Below, piece after piece: positions 48,559-58,920 of a stretch of DNA of 64,000 nt (positions are counted from its first letter, which is position 1; every line of letters begins with the position of its first letter). Origin of the DNA: Candidatus Nanopelagicales bacterium (GTDB taxonomy: Bacteria; Actinomycetota; Actinomycetes; S36-B12). The stretch is taken from positions 185,251-249,250 of the forward strand of contig JAGYJJ010000002.1 in the NCBI GenBank assembly GCA_018402235.1, in the 5' to 3' direction. The notes beneath the pieces are model-generated. The model saw only the letters and a program-made list of their open reading frames with translations, had not been told where the DNA came from and ran no database searches. Position numbers and translations under genes: made by a program.

Positions 48559-49390
48559 CTAATTGCGCTTGGTCCACCGGAAGGTGAGTGCCGCCCCGAT
48601 CGTGCCGACCACAAACCAGACAACCAGCACTAGCGCCACCGCACCCAGATTCCACTCGCCACCGGTTTCGGCACCTTGGTAAGCATCTGGCAAGAAGACA
48701 TAACGCATGCCCTGCGCTATCCACTTCAGCGGAAAGATCGACGCAACGTTCTGCAGCCACTCAGGTAGCTGCGAGAACTGCAGGTATACGCCGGAGATGA
48801 ACTGCAAAATCAATATGGGTGGCACGATCACACTCGTTGCACTCTTGGCGCTACGAGGCAGCGCACTGATGGTGATACCAATCACCGCAGACGCCATGAT
48901 GCCGAGAAAGAAGATCCAGGCGAGGGTCAGCCATCTATCCACACTTGTTGGGAGCCCCGCACCCAAGATCACACCACCCACGATGAGCAAGATGACGAGC
49001 TGCGCGAGGCCGGTAACCAAGACTTGGCCGAACTTCCCGATGAAGTAGGAGACGGGTGCGATCGGACTCCCAGCAAGGCGCTTGAGAGTGCCATCGTTTC
49101 TTTCGATCGCAATATCGATTCCCAAGTTCTGCGCGCCGGAGATGAAGATGCCCATCGCAACCATGGCCGGCAGGAAGTACTGAGCCGAGGTCACTTCGAT
49201 ACCCAACTCCGGGATTCCGAAATCGGTTGCCGCTGAAAGCGATGCTGAAGACCAACAGCATCATCAAGGGGAACGAGAAGTTGAAGAACATCGAGTCCGG
49301 CGTGCGCAGATAGGTCTTGAGTTCATACCCGATACGTGCGAAGCCGACCGAAATAATGCCGGGCATCTTTGCTTGAGTGAACGTACTCAT
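48559..49390 (-). pseudogene. ABC-2 type transporter permease, frameshifted
   Basis: The N-terminal ORF (48935..49390: ...LLVFSIAFS) and the C-terminal ORF (48559..49206: GIEVTSAQYFLPAMVAMG...) are in different frames. The junction is near 49230-49260. Confidence 0.65.
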
Positions 49391-50238
49391 TTTGTACTTC
49401 TACCGTCGAGCATCGCCAGATACACATCCTCTAGCGTGGGCGTGCGCACGTTCAGCCGCTCAGGCTCTTGTCCAAGACGCTCGACAAGTGACGCAACGAA
49501 CGCAGCCGGCTGCGGGGTCCGCTCACTACGCTCCTCGCCACCTTCGATCCAGCGCACCACGGGGACTCTCATGTCGGCACCACCGATGCTGTGCACCCGA
49601 TCGATTGCCACAAGATGGCCCGCGAGGATAACCGCGGCCCGATCCCCCAAAGCCTCTGCCTCATCGAGGTAATGCGTGGTGAGCATGATCGTCGTGCCTT
49701 CAGCTTGCAATCCTGCGATGACTTCCCAGAACTGCCGACGCACTTCAGGATCAAATCCGGTTGTCGGTTCGTCAAGAAACAACAATTCGGGGTTTCCGAT
49801 CATGCCTAGTGCAACGTCCACTCGGTGTTGCTGACCGCCAGAGAGTTTGCGAATGGCGATATCCGCCTTCTGTTCCAGATCGACCGCGTAAATGACTTCG
49901 TCGACGCTGCGGGGATTCGGGTACAACGACGCAAAATGAGTCAAGGTTTGACGCACGGTGAGTCGACCCAGGTCCCCGGCCTGTTGCAAGACGATCCCGA
50001 CCCGCGCCTTGAATCCTCGATCAGCCTTTGCCGGGTCCGTTCCCAGCACACGGACGTCTCCCGATGTTCGGTGACGAAAACCCTCGAGGATCTCGATCGT
50101 GACCGACTTCCCCGCACCATTGGGTCCGAGCAGGACGAACGTCTCGCCCCGATCGATGGTGAAGGAAATGTCGTTCACCGCAACGAGGTCGCCGTACTCC
50201 TTGGTCAACCCTTCAACACGAACGGCTGGTTCCCTCAT
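49387..50238 (-). CDS. ABC transporter ATP-binding protein (DrrA-like exporter)
   Basis: ATG at 50238. Walker A GPNGAGKS, signature LSGGQQHRV, Walker B LLFLDEPTTGFD. Confidence 0.9.
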   Translation of the reverse strand: MREPAVRVEGLTKEYGDLVAVNDISFTIDRGETFVLLGPNGAGKSVTIEILEGFRHRTSGDVRVLGTDPAKADRGFKARVGIVLQQAGDLGRLTVRQTLTHFASLYPNPRSVDEVIYAVDLEQKADIAIRKLSGGQQHRVDVALGMIGNPELLFLDEPTTGFDPEVRRQFWEVIAGLQAEGTTIMLTTHYLDEAEALGDRAAVILAGHLVAIDRVHSIGGADMRVPVVRWIEGGEERSERTPQPAAFVASLVERLGQEPERLNVRTPTLEDVYLAMLDGRSTK

Positions 50239-50280
50239 TTTGCCCACTCGAAAGCCACAACGTGACTCTAATCTGAGCGC

Positions 50281-51072
50281 ATGAGCACACCGCAGAGCAC
50301 ACCGCAGAGCACACCGCAGAGCACACCATCGCCGCCCCTCACCCCGCAGCAAAACCGCCGTGAGGAATGGCTCGCGGTGTACATGAAACGCGTGTCTCCG
50401 CTGCTTTCGATCCTGGCCTTGGTCTATCTAGCGACCTTCTCCATCCAGGCCATCTGGTACTACCCGGATGCAACCTGGTTCCAATATATGAACAGTTTTG
50501 GGAACCTGCTGTGGCTGCTCTTCGTTATCGACCTTGTCTTTCGTTTCGTCGTTACCCCGGTTAAGCGCGGATTCTTTAAGAACAACCTCATCGACACGAT
50601 CACAGTGGTTGTCCCGCAGTTCCGGGCCATCCGGGCGCTCCGCACTCTCAGCGGCAGTAGCTTCATTTCCAAGAAAACTGGTCTGATCAGTGGAGGCGGG
50701 CTCACCTCGGCGCTTATCGCAGCACTCATTGTTGTATGGGTGGGCAGCTTGATGGTGCTCAACGCCGAGCGTTCGGCGAGCAATGCGCAGATCAAGACCG
50801 CAGGGGAAGCAGTGTGGTGGGCTTTCGAGACAGTAACTACCGTTGGATACGGCGATTTCGTTCCGGTCACGTGGAATGGTCGTGCGCTGGCCGTGCTTGT
50901 CATGCTCGTCGGCATCAGCGTCTTGGGTGTGGTTACGGCATCACTGTCCGCGGCACTCGTCAAGAGCGCTCACAAGTCGACCGACCGGGTGGATGAAGTT
51001 CTGCAGGAACTTGCGCAACTCAAGGAGATGGTGGCCAAACTCGAGGCAGGGCAGTCAGGGAAGTCGGGCTAG
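50281..51072 (+). CDS. potassium channel family protein (2TM/6TM pore domain)
   Basis: Selectivity filter TTVGYGD. The N-terminus carries an STPQ repeat. Confidence 0.8.
   Translation: MSTPQSTPQSTPQSTPSPPLTPQQNRREEWLAVYMKRVSPLLSILALVYLATFSIQAIWYYPDATWFQYMNSFGNLLWLLFVIDLVFRFVVTPVKRGFFKNNLIDTITVVVPQFRAIRALRTLSGSSFISKKTGLISGGGLTSALIAALIVVWVGSLMVLNAERSASNAQIKTAGEAVWWAFETVTTVGYGDFVPVTWNGRALAVLVMLVGISVLGVVTASLSAALVKSAHKSTDRVDEVLQELAQLKEMVAKLEAGQSGKSG
50284..50327. repeat. in-frame tandem repeat, about 3.7 x 12 bp (AGCACACCGCAG)
   Basis: Read directly from the sequence. It encodes (STPQ)3 at residues 2-15 of the channel. Confidence 0.95.
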
Positions 51073-51614
51073 CTAGTCGAGACAGCAGCCACCAAATCTC
51101 GAAGCAAATCACCATCGACATCCCAGTCGACCGGAACCTTGATTGTCTTCTTGTTCATCGAGTAGCCAGAAAGGCGATCACGGAAGTGCTCCAGTACCGC
51201 AGGGTCGTACGGGGCAATGAGAATGTGCTGCGCGAATACACCTAGTCCGAACACGTATTTGCCCGACAACTTCACCATTGGCTGGTTCCACGCGATCACC
51301 ACTTCAGCATCCGGGTACGCATCGGTAATGGTGGACAGGATCGAGCGCACCGTTTGCTGCTTTACAGCATCGTGTTCAGCGAGGTAGTCGTCCACGGTCT
51401 CGTATCGTCGGGAACTCGTCGAACCGCGCGAGTACTGCACCAGCGCGTTCGCATGGGCGCGACTGAAGCCGTGCTCATCTTGCAAAAAGGCCATCTGCTC
51501 CGGATAGCGCTTGCCCGCGACCTTCTTCATCTCCCGATGCCAAAAGGACATCGGTTTGCCGTAACGCTTCTCGATCGCAGGGAAGATCGCTGTTCGATCG
51601 TGGGATCCGTCCAC
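51069..51614 (-). CDS. DUF4287 plus DUF1801 (YdhG-like) domain protein
   Basis: The N-terminal sequence FPAIEKRYGKPMSFW and the C-terminal YdhG-like region are recalled family patterns. Confidence 0.6.
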   Translation of the reverse strand: MDGSHDRTAIFPAIEKRYGKPMSFWHREMKKVAGKRYPEQMAFLQDEHGFSRAHANALVQYSRGSTSSRRYETVDDYLAEHDAVKQQTVRSILSTITDAYPDAEVVIAWNQPMVKLSGKYVFGLGVFAQHILIAPYDPAVLEHFRDRLSGYSMNKKTIKVPVDWDVDGDLLRDLVAAVSTS

Positions 51615-51630
51615 GACAGGATCGTAGATC

Positions 51631-52422
51631 GTGTGGGTGCATACTCAAGTCGTGGCCGAAGACCGAAGCGTGCTTCACCGCCCTGGCCCCAGGCCCGATG
51701 AGACACTTGCTTACGGCGCACACGAAGACCAAGTGATAGATGTCTATGTGCCACCCAGCACTACGAGACACAAGCCAAGAGTCGTGGTCTTCATCCACGG
51801 TGGCTATTGGCGACCTGACTACGACCGCATGCACGCGCGGAGCGCTGCGGGAGCACTGGCGCAGGCCGGTTGGGTGACGGCACTACCGGAGTACCGTCGA
51901 TTTCCTGGAGATCCCGATGCTTCAGTGATCGATGTCATCGAAGCTGTGCGCTACTTCGCGAGCGCGCCGGGCAACTCCTCCGTGCTACTCATGGGACATT
52001 CCGCCGGTGGTCATCTTGCCCTCATTGCCGCCTCACACCCTGAGTTACCGATCCATGGGACCGTCGTGCTGGCACCTGTGAGCGATCTCCAACTTGCTGA
52101 AGACTTGGACTTGGACGATGGCGCGGTCCGGTCATACCTTGGATGTGCCGCGCGCGAAAGACGCGACTTGGATCCCCTCCAGTTACCCGCACCACTTTCG
52201 TCCTTGAGCATCATTCACGGCCTGGAGGACTCGATCGTTCCTCCTCACATGTCTGAGACCTACGGTCGGCATATCGGCGTGGATGTCGTGGCCCTTCCCA
52301 AAACAGGCCATTACGAACCGATAGATCCGCTCAGTGAAACCTGGGATGTTGTGTTGCAGCATGTAGGCGTGATCGACTCGCGGTGTCGCGAAATCCGATC
52401 CGATGCGCAACGCGATGTCTAG
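51631..52422 (+). CDS. alpha/beta hydrolase (arylformamidase-like; candidate kynurenine formamidase)
   Basis: IHGGYW oxyanion motif and GHSAGGHLA nucleophile elbow. The function is inferred from the nearby kynU/kynA genes. Confidence 0.6.
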   Translation: MWVHTQVVAEDRSVLHRPGPRPDETLAYGAHEDQVIDVYVPPSTTRHKPRVVVFIHGGYWRPDYDRMHARSAAGALAQAGWVTALPEYRRFPGDPDASVIDVIEAVRYFASAPGNSSVLLMGHSAGGHLALIAASHPELPIHGTVVLAPVSDLQLAEDLDLDDGAVRSYLGCAARERRDLDPLQLPAPLSSLSIIHGLEDSIVPPHMSETYGRHIGVDVVALPKTGHYEPIDPLSETWDVVLQHVGVIDSRCREIRSDAQRDV

Positions 52423-52468
52423 AACCCTGGCTTCACGCGCCCTGCGAACAGGTCTTCATACTTAAGTC

Positions 52469-53333
52469 GTGAGTGCTTCCCGTCGTGACCCCGGTCCCAG
52501 CGCGGGGCGGCGGGCCGGTCAAGGACTGGCTGCCGTGGGCATCGCCTTCGTGGCAGCCAGCACGGTCGCCCTCTACCTCACCCAGCCCCCGACCGGGGCG
52601 ATTGCGGCCGCCGAGGAACCACGTGAGGTGACGCCGGTCCAATCCGCGGCACCGACGCTTGCTGCTACCCCTACTCCCTCACCAACCCCCACCTTTCCCC
52701 CGGATCAAATAGATAACTCGTGGCCCGACAACCCACCGTGGGATGCCTGCCCAGCGCCGATCTGGCCCGGCCAACCAAGTGAAGGCACTCCTGGAGACGG
52801 GCGCCGCGTGTTGATCATCGGCGACTCACTCACCCGCGACTCCCAAGAGTCCATGACGCAGTTCCTTGTCGATAGTGGATGGACACCCACATTCCGCTGC
52901 TGGGGATCGCGGCGTCTGGACTGGGGGCTGGATCAACTCAAGCGGGCCAAGGAACTTGACCAACTTCCCGAACACGTCATCGTGGCTCTCGGCACGAACG
53001 ACATTTCCTGGGAGCAGCCGGCCACCACCGAAAGTCGCGTCAACACGATGCTGGATCGACTCGGGCCGAACCGCCAGGTGCTGTGGGTCGACCTGGACAT
53101 CGCTTATAGCCAGTTCTCGATGCAACGTGCCGACTGGTTCAACGGCATGATTCGCACAGTCGCCAAAGATCGACCAAATGTGATGGTTGTGCCGTGGGAG
53201 AAAATCGCCCGCCAGGAGAAGGCTGCTGCGTTTCGATGGCATCCACTACGGACCCCAGGGTTATCGACTTCGCGCTCGCACGCTCACAGACGCTCTCAAT
53301 AGCCGCGCGCTGGAAGGTTCTGCGACTTCCTAG
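52469..53333 (+). pseudogene. secreted SGNH hydrolase, frameshifted near the C-terminus
   Basis: Contains IIGDSLTRD and ALGTNDI. The block V motif FDGIHYGPQGY is readable only in a different frame after about 53215-53232; in that frame the stop is at 53331-53333. Confidence 0.6.
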
Positions 53334-53349
53334 GCCGCGCAGGGTTTCG

Positions 53350-53757
53350 CTAGGGCACCACCAGAACGGGAACCTCCGAGCTCTCCACGATCTTGTGCGC
53401 CACAGTTCCAAACAACGCAGCTCGGATGCGACCTGACTGGCCGTAGCCAACGATCAGCATCCGCGGTTGCCGCTGCTCCATGACTGCCTCGAGCGCGCCT
53501 ACCGGATCATCGTCGACGAGCACTGCTTCCGCCTCCAGCCCGGCTGCCCGCGCTTGAACTACCGCCGCCTGTACTAGCGGCGTCAGTTCATCGACCACTG
53601 CCGCCTCCGTTGCCTGGTATTCCTCACCCACCCCACCTGATGGGGCCACGCCGCAAACGATGAGCAGGGCTTCTTCAAGGTCACGCGCCAGGTCGATCGC
53701 CACTACCAAGGCGTGCCGAGCACTCTCCCCGCCGTCATAAGCCACAGCCAGAGTCAT
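53350..53757 (-). CDS. universal stress protein
   Basis: C-terminal ATP-binding pattern VGYGQSGRIRAALFGTVAHKIVESSEVPVLVV. Confidence 0.85.
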   Translation of the reverse strand: MTLAVAYDGGESARHALVVAIDLARDLEEALLIVCGVAPSGGVGEEYQATEAAVVDELTPLVQAAVVQARAAGLEAEAVLVDDDPVGALEAVMEQRQPRMLIVGYGQSGRIRAALFGTVAHKIVESSEVPVLVVP

Positions 53758-55276
53758 CGCTGGTCACCACCTTCGGTCACGGGTACGAGGTCGGGATCTA
53801 CAGACGTTGGACGTTCCTGCCAGTACGGCGTTTGCTGCAGCCGAGACGCGATCATGAAGACGATTCCCAGCACAAAGAGAAACATGCCGATCACCAGCGG
53901 AGGTCCCAGGCCGAACCAGGACACCCCCCCGTACGAGTTCTCTGGATTCGACATCTCGATCACCGACAGCACCAACAACCAGATCAGTAGCAAAGACCCC
54001 ACCACGGGACCTAGCCCGATGAGCAGGAATCCACGAACACTCCGCATGAGCAGATGCCGGTAGTAGACGGCGCAGGCGATTCCCGTGAGTGAGTAGTAGA
54101 AGGCGATGAGCAGCGACAGTGCAGTCAACGAGTCGAAGAGTGCGTTCTCACTGATGAGCCGAACCACCACGTACCAGACGATTGCAATGATCGCGACCCA
54201 CCAGGTGGAAACTGCCGGGGTTCGATGCTTGGCCGAGATTTGGCCGAAGTACTTCGGGATGGCCGCACGCCGCGACATCGATAGGGCTGTTCGTGATGCC
54301 GGAATGATCGTGGTCTGCGTCGAAGCGATTGCCGACACCGACTACCGCGAGCAAAACGATCCAGCCGAAGCTTCCTAGGGCCTCTGGTGCGATGAGCGCG
54401 AAGACCATCTCCTCCTGGCCGGCCCGGTCCGCCAGGAAACCCGGACCCACGAGCATCAACACCGCGATCGCGGTGCCGAGGTACGTAGCCAGCAAGATCA
54501 GAGTCGACAAAATCGCGGCTTTTCCGGGAGTGCTGGAAGAGTCGGTTGTTTCCTCATTGAGATTGACGGCCGACTCCCAGCCCCAGTAGGCGAAGACACC
54601 CAAGAGCAAGCCTGCGCTCAATCCCGCAGCGCCTGCGGCGAAGGGGTTCAGCCATTCCCACGTTGGTGACTGTGCTCCTGGCAAGCCCTGGCCACTCGCT
54701 CCCTTGTAGATAGCAGCCGAGGCGAAGATCAAGATCGCAATGACCTGCGCGATGTTGAGCGCCGTCTGAACTCGGCCGGATAGTTCAGTCCCCACCACGC
54801 AGATCCACGTCATGAGCAGGATCAACCCGATTGCGATGATCATCACGAACAGATCGTCGGCCGCCAAACCGTCCAGACCGAACACCAAGAGCATGAAGCG
54901 CACTGCCACGTCCGCAAGTGAGCCGACCACCAGCACACCGGTCATGGCAATCGCCCAGCCGCCCATCCAGCCCAAACCATGGACCCATGGCGCGTGAGAC
55001 CCAGGAGAATGTGGTTCCGCAATCAGGATCCACCCGATTCATGAAGTAGAAGGCACTGGCGATCAGCAGCATGGGAACGAAAGACGCCAGCAGGATTCCA
55101 GGCGCCGCAACACCCACGAGCACCACGATCGGCCCCAGCACCGCCGCAAGCGAATACGCAGGTGAGGTGGCATTCAGCCCGATCGAGACCGCATCAAGAA
55201 ACCCGATGGCGTTGGCTTGCAGCCCCGGTTGAACTTTGGGCGTTTCCGTCGGATCCTTGGCCATAGACGTAGTCAA
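53754..55276 (-). pseudogene. APC-family amino acid permease, two frameshifts
   Basis: Three ORFs in three frames continue one polytopic protein: ...FSWVSRAMGPW | GWMGGWAIAMTG...GWIVLLAVVGVG | SAIASTQTTIIPASRTALSMSRR.... The junctions are near 54965-54985 and 54330-54345. Confidence 0.7.
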
Positions 55277-55376
55277 GTGGATCTACCTACTCCGATCACA
55301 GGTATCGGAAGAAGTCGTTCAGACAAACAGTTCGAACGGAGGCACCGTCAGCCCTAAACGAGCCTCCCACTTGCGA

Positions 55377-55583
55377 CTACTTTGCCTTTGACTTACCGAA
55401 CAGGCGTGCGAAGAAGCCTGGATGAGCGGCTTTGTAGGCGGCTTTATCGGCTGACGTGCACGAACACTGCTGTGACTTAGGCACGCCGCTCATCACCTGC
55501 TGCACGTGCTGGCCGCAGCCGGCCCAGGTCTTCTTCTGGCAGATCTTGCACGTCACTTGCTGGCACATGTGATGGGAATCCAA
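55377..55583 (-). CDS. small cysteine-rich hypothetical protein
   Basis: 68-aa ORF with C-x5-C-x2-C-x7-C-x-x-H and a second Cys pair. No family was recognised. Confidence 0.45.
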   Translation of the reverse strand: MDSHHMCQQVTCKICQKKTWAGCGQHVQQVMSGVPKSQQCSCTSADKAAYKAAHPGFFARLFGKSKAK

Positions 55584-55805
55584 TCTGATGTGTCGGGTGT
55601 GTGGACCACTCTAGATGCAGCGCACTAAGGGCCGGCCACACCATTGAACAGCAGACTGATCCCAAGCACCGCGAAGACTGCACTCATGACAGCAACGTTG
55701 TTGCGAATGATCCAAACCTTCACGTGCGTCAACGGACCAAGCACCCGCGCGCCAGCGGCAACATGGGGGGAGGAACTCGATCATCTCATTTCCAGAATAT
55801 GTGCC

Positions 55806-56213
55806 CTAGACGAAAAGTGCTGCACCGCAAGCGACAACCGCACCGATCAGTCGGATGGTGTCTGCGCGGCGAAGGCGGCGAATCAGTATCGGAGTTGGTC
55901 CACCCACCGACAACAGATGATGGATCGGTGCTGCCACAAAAGCCGTGGTCGCCCACACCATCAGTATTGCGCCGGTCGTGACGAATAGCGCCGGAGAGCA
56001 ACATGTGGTTGCAAGTGCCCAACCCAGGGCTATAACCACAGCGGCGTACACCGGAATAACGACGATGACCATGCGCCGGGTGTGAGCGGCGTGCCCGCGC
56101 TCCCAGTCATCCGGCGCAAGGTTCAGCAGTCCTGGGTAGACCACGATCGTGACAACGGCCTGGAAACCGAGGTGAACTCCCGTGGCAACCAGCAAGAACT
56201 GCTCAGCCGACAC
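55806..56213 (-). CDS. hypothetical 4-TM membrane protein (DUF1772-like)
   Basis: GTG at 56213 follows GGAGGA at short spacing. It has hydrophobic helices. The start is uncertain. Confidence 0.45.
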   Translation of the reverse strand: MSAEQFLLVATGVHLGFQAVVTIVVYPGLLNLAPDDWERGHAAHTRRMVIVVIPVYAAVVIALGWALATTCCSPALFVTTGAILMVWATTAFVAAPIHHLLSVGGPTPILIRRLRRADTIRLIGAVVACGAALFV

Positions 56214-56387
56214 ACGTCCTCCTTGCCTGGTACGCACCCTCGTCTGCTGCGCTGCTCCAAAGTAACAACACCGTGATGATGGATTCAGACGTGAAGACAC
56301 GTCGTGGTGGGGATCATCCCCACGCTCATCCTCAAGGGGCTGCTGCTCAAGCACTCGATAAGGGCCGATCAGGAATTCGACCTTCGT

Positions 56388-56461
56388 GGGGCGGGTCGGG
56401 CTCGAACCGACGACGACCAGATTATGAGTCCGGGGCTCTAACCAACTGAGCTACCGCCCCT
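56388..56461 (-). tRNA. tRNA-Met (anticodon CAT; an Ile2/lysidine identity is not excluded), CCA not encoded
   Basis: Manual cloverleaf fold: acceptor GGGGCGG/CCGCCCC, D stem GCTC/GAGC, anticodon stem CCGGA/TCTGG with loop CTCATAA, T stem GTCGG/CCGAC with loop TTCGAGC. Confidence 0.9.
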
Positions 56462-56561
56462 TGCGGCTTGCCGCAGGGATGATCGAGCCTATCCCCCACA
56501 AATCGAGGGGAAGAACCTCGTGGAGCGCTCTTCGTGAGGCGGCAGTTCCTACGATAGGCCG

Positions 56562-56854
56562 ATGCCTGAGTTCACGATCACTGTCCGAGCCAATCCCGGG
56601 GCCTCGCGGCCACGCATCGGCGGAGCCCACGGCGATCCCCTGAGCTGATCGTTGCGGTCCGCGAAACGGAGAAGTCAGGGCGAGCCAACGCCGCAATCGA
56701 GGCTGCGGTTGCTCAGGAGTTCGGTATTCCATCGTCGATGGTCGATGTGAGGTCTGGGCATGCGGCACGTAAGAAGGAACTGAGTCTGTTCGTCCCGGAC
56801 AAGGCAAAGGCAGAGGCGATACTCCAGCGCTTGCTGGCTGCTGGAGACGACTAA
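56562..56854 (+). pseudogene. DUF167 (YggU) family protein, frameshifted at a CCCC run
   Basis: My own translation gives MPEFTITVRANPGASRPRIGGAHGDP, then the frame changes to ELIVAVRETEKSGRANAAIEAAVAQEFGIPSSMVDVRSGHAARKKELSLF. This gene is not in the ORF track because both pieces lack length or a Met. Confidence 0.5.
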
Positions 56855-56887
56855 CCGTGGCATCTCGACCTCGAATACGCACGGTCC

Positions 56888-58129
56888 TTGGATCGCGCGG
56901 ATCCGCTCTCTAGTTTTCGCGAACAATTTGTTATCGCCGATCCGGATATGTGTTACCTCGACGGCAACTCACTTGGGCGGCTTCCGAAAGCCACCGCCGA
57001 GGCGATTCAAAAGATGACTCTCGAAGAGTGGGGCGGGGAACTCGTCACGGGCTGGAGCCATTGGATCGATATGGCCCAAAGCGTCGGTGATCAATTGGGG
57101 TCGGTTGTTCTCGGCGCGAAGCCTGGGCAAGTTCTCGCGACGGACACCACGTCGGTGAACTTGTATCGACTAGCACTCGCTGCGATCAAGGATCGACCAG
57201 GGCGTTCCACCATCGTGGTCGATGAGGCCAACTTCCCCACAGACCGCTACATCCTGCAGGGCATCGCAGCGGACCTTGGCATGAATCTCGTCACGATCCC
57301 GAACGAAGATCTTGCTGTTGCCGAGTTCGAGCGCATCACCCCGGATCTGTTGGCCAAGTACATGAACGACGACGTCGCCTTGGTGTGTTTGCAAATCATC
57401 AACTACCGATCGGGTGCTCGTCAGGATGTTCCGGCGCTCACCGAGGTGGCTGGCGCACGCGGTGCGTATGTGCTGTGGGACGCATCGCATGCGGTGGGGG
57501 CGCTGGATTTGCAACTCGATAAATGGGGCGTGGATCTAGCGATCGGTTGTACCTACAAGTACTGCAACGGTGGCCCTGGTGCTCCGGGTTGGCTGTATGT
57601 GAGCTCAGCCGTCAGCAACCAACTCCACGCGCCCGTTCAAGGCTGGTTCGCGCAGAAGAATCAATTCGCCATGGGCCCCGACTTTGAGCGAGCGCCAGGC
57701 ATCCTCGGTTATCAGATAGCCACTCCCTCGGTTATGGGGCTCACCAGCATTGCGTCGTCAATGTCCATCATCGAGCAAGCCGGCATGGCGTCGATCGAAG
57801 CCAAGGCTGCCCAAGGCACCGACTTCATGATCGAGTTGTTCGACGCATGGTTGGCGCCGCTGGGATTCGGACTTGAAACGCCGCGGGAAGCACGCCACCG
57901 AGGTGGCCATCTCTCCCTGACCCATGCCGAAGCAGACCGGATTTCCATAGCTCTACGGCAATTTGCGAACGTGATCCCCGACTACCGCAAGCCGAACACG
58001 ATCCGGGTGGCCGTTGCGCCGCTCTATAACTCGTACGAGGAGATCTTCACCGGCTTCGAACGCATGCGGGACTTGGTTTCCGACGGCAAACACCACGAAG
58101 TTTCCCTGACAGAAGGTGCAGTGACGTGA
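56888..58129 (+). CDS. kynU: kynureninase
   Basis: TTG start. PLP-lysine region CTYKYCNGGPGAPG and the N-terminal sequence FREQFVIAD...YLDGNSLG. Confidence 0.9.
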   Translation: MDRADPLSSFREQFVIADPDMCYLDGNSLGRLPKATAEAIQKMTLEEWGGELVTGWSHWIDMAQSVGDQLGSVVLGAKPGQVLATDTTSVNLYRLALAAIKDRPGRSTIVVDEANFPTDRYILQGIAADLGMNLVTIPNEDLAVAEFERITPDLLAKYMNDDVALVCLQIINYRSGARQDVPALTEVAGARGAYVLWDASHAVGALDLQLDKWGVDLAIGCTYKYCNGGPGAPGWLYVSSAVSNQLHAPVQGWFAQKNQFAMGPDFERAPGILGYQIATPSVMGLTSIASSMSIIEQAGMASIEAKAAQGTDFMIELFDAWLAPLGFGLETPREARHRGGHLSLTHAEADRISIALRQFANVIPDYRKPNTIRVAVAPLYNSYEEIFTGFERMRDLVSDGKHHEVSLTEGAVT

Positions 58130-58920
58130 GCGATCAATCGCACGCCCTCAACTACATGAACTACCTCGCAGTCGATGAGCTGCTGTCACTGCAGCGGCCG
58201 GTCTCCGAGGGACCCGAACACGACGAACTTCTGTTCATCACCATTCACCAGGTTTACGAACTGTGGTTCAAGCAATTGCTCCACGAACTCGAGCAGGCGC
58301 AGCGTCAGATGGCCGCAGGAGATACACAGCATGTGCTCGCCACCTTGAACCGCGTTAAGGCGATCTTGGCCGTGTGTATTCAGCAGATTGATGTACTGAT
58401 CACCATGACGCCCCTGCAGTTTGGCGCTTTTCGTGCGCGCCTGGAAAGCGCGAGTGGTTTCCAGTCCGCGCAGTTCCGTGAATTGGAGGCGCTCCTCGGG
58501 CGCCGAGACGGCCGCTTCGCATCCCACCTACTGGCCCAGCACCGCGAGAAGGTCGAAGCACGGATGCAGGCGCCTTCGCTATGGGACTCAGCACTTCGCT
58601 ACCTGAACGGCTGCGGCTTCACTATTCCTGCGGAAATCCTTGAACGCGACGTAACGGAACATTACGTCTCAGACGCACGCGTGCGCGAGGCCGTGCTGGA
58701 GGTGTACCGCAGCGGGCACCAGGCCGGGCTGGTGTGCGAGCAACTCGTGGACATCGAAGTGAGTTTGCGTGAGTGGCGCTTTAGGCACGTGATGATGGTG
58801 GAACGCACCATCGGCACCAAACAAGGTACGGGCGGCTCGAGCGGCGTGGGCTATTTGTCCTCGACGCTCCAGCATCCACACAGCTTTCCTGAGCTGTGGG
58901 AAGCCCGCGAGAATTTCTAG
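58126..58920 (+). CDS. kynA: tryptophan 2,3-dioxygenase
   Basis: Contains YELWFKQLLHEL, HVMMVERTIG and GTGGSSG. It overlaps kynU by 4 nt. Confidence 0.9.
   Translation: MSDQSHALNYMNYLAVDELLSLQRPVSEGPEHDELLFITIHQVYELWFKQLLHELEQAQRQMAAGDTQHVLATLNRVKAILAVCIQQIDVLITMTPLQFGAFRARLESASGFQSAQFRELEALLGRRDGRFASHLLAQHREKVEARMQAPSLWDSALRYLNGCGFTIPAEILERDVTEHYVSDARVREAVLEVYRSGHQAGLVCEQLVDIEVSLREWRFRHVMMVERTIGTKQGTGGSSGVGYLSSTLQHPHSFPELWEARENF

Noticed and set aside
50239-50352. N-terminal extension of the ABC ATPase encoding (CALR)n
   Set aside because: It is the reverse-complement reading of the STPQ repeat of the opposite-strand channel gene. The conserved ATPase sequence starts at the ATG at 50238.
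56388-56461. Initiator tRNA-fMet identity for the CAT tRNA
   Set aside because: Positions 1 and 72 form a G-C pair rather than the C-A mismatch. The anticodon stem lacks the three consecutive G-C pairs characteristic of bacterial initiators.
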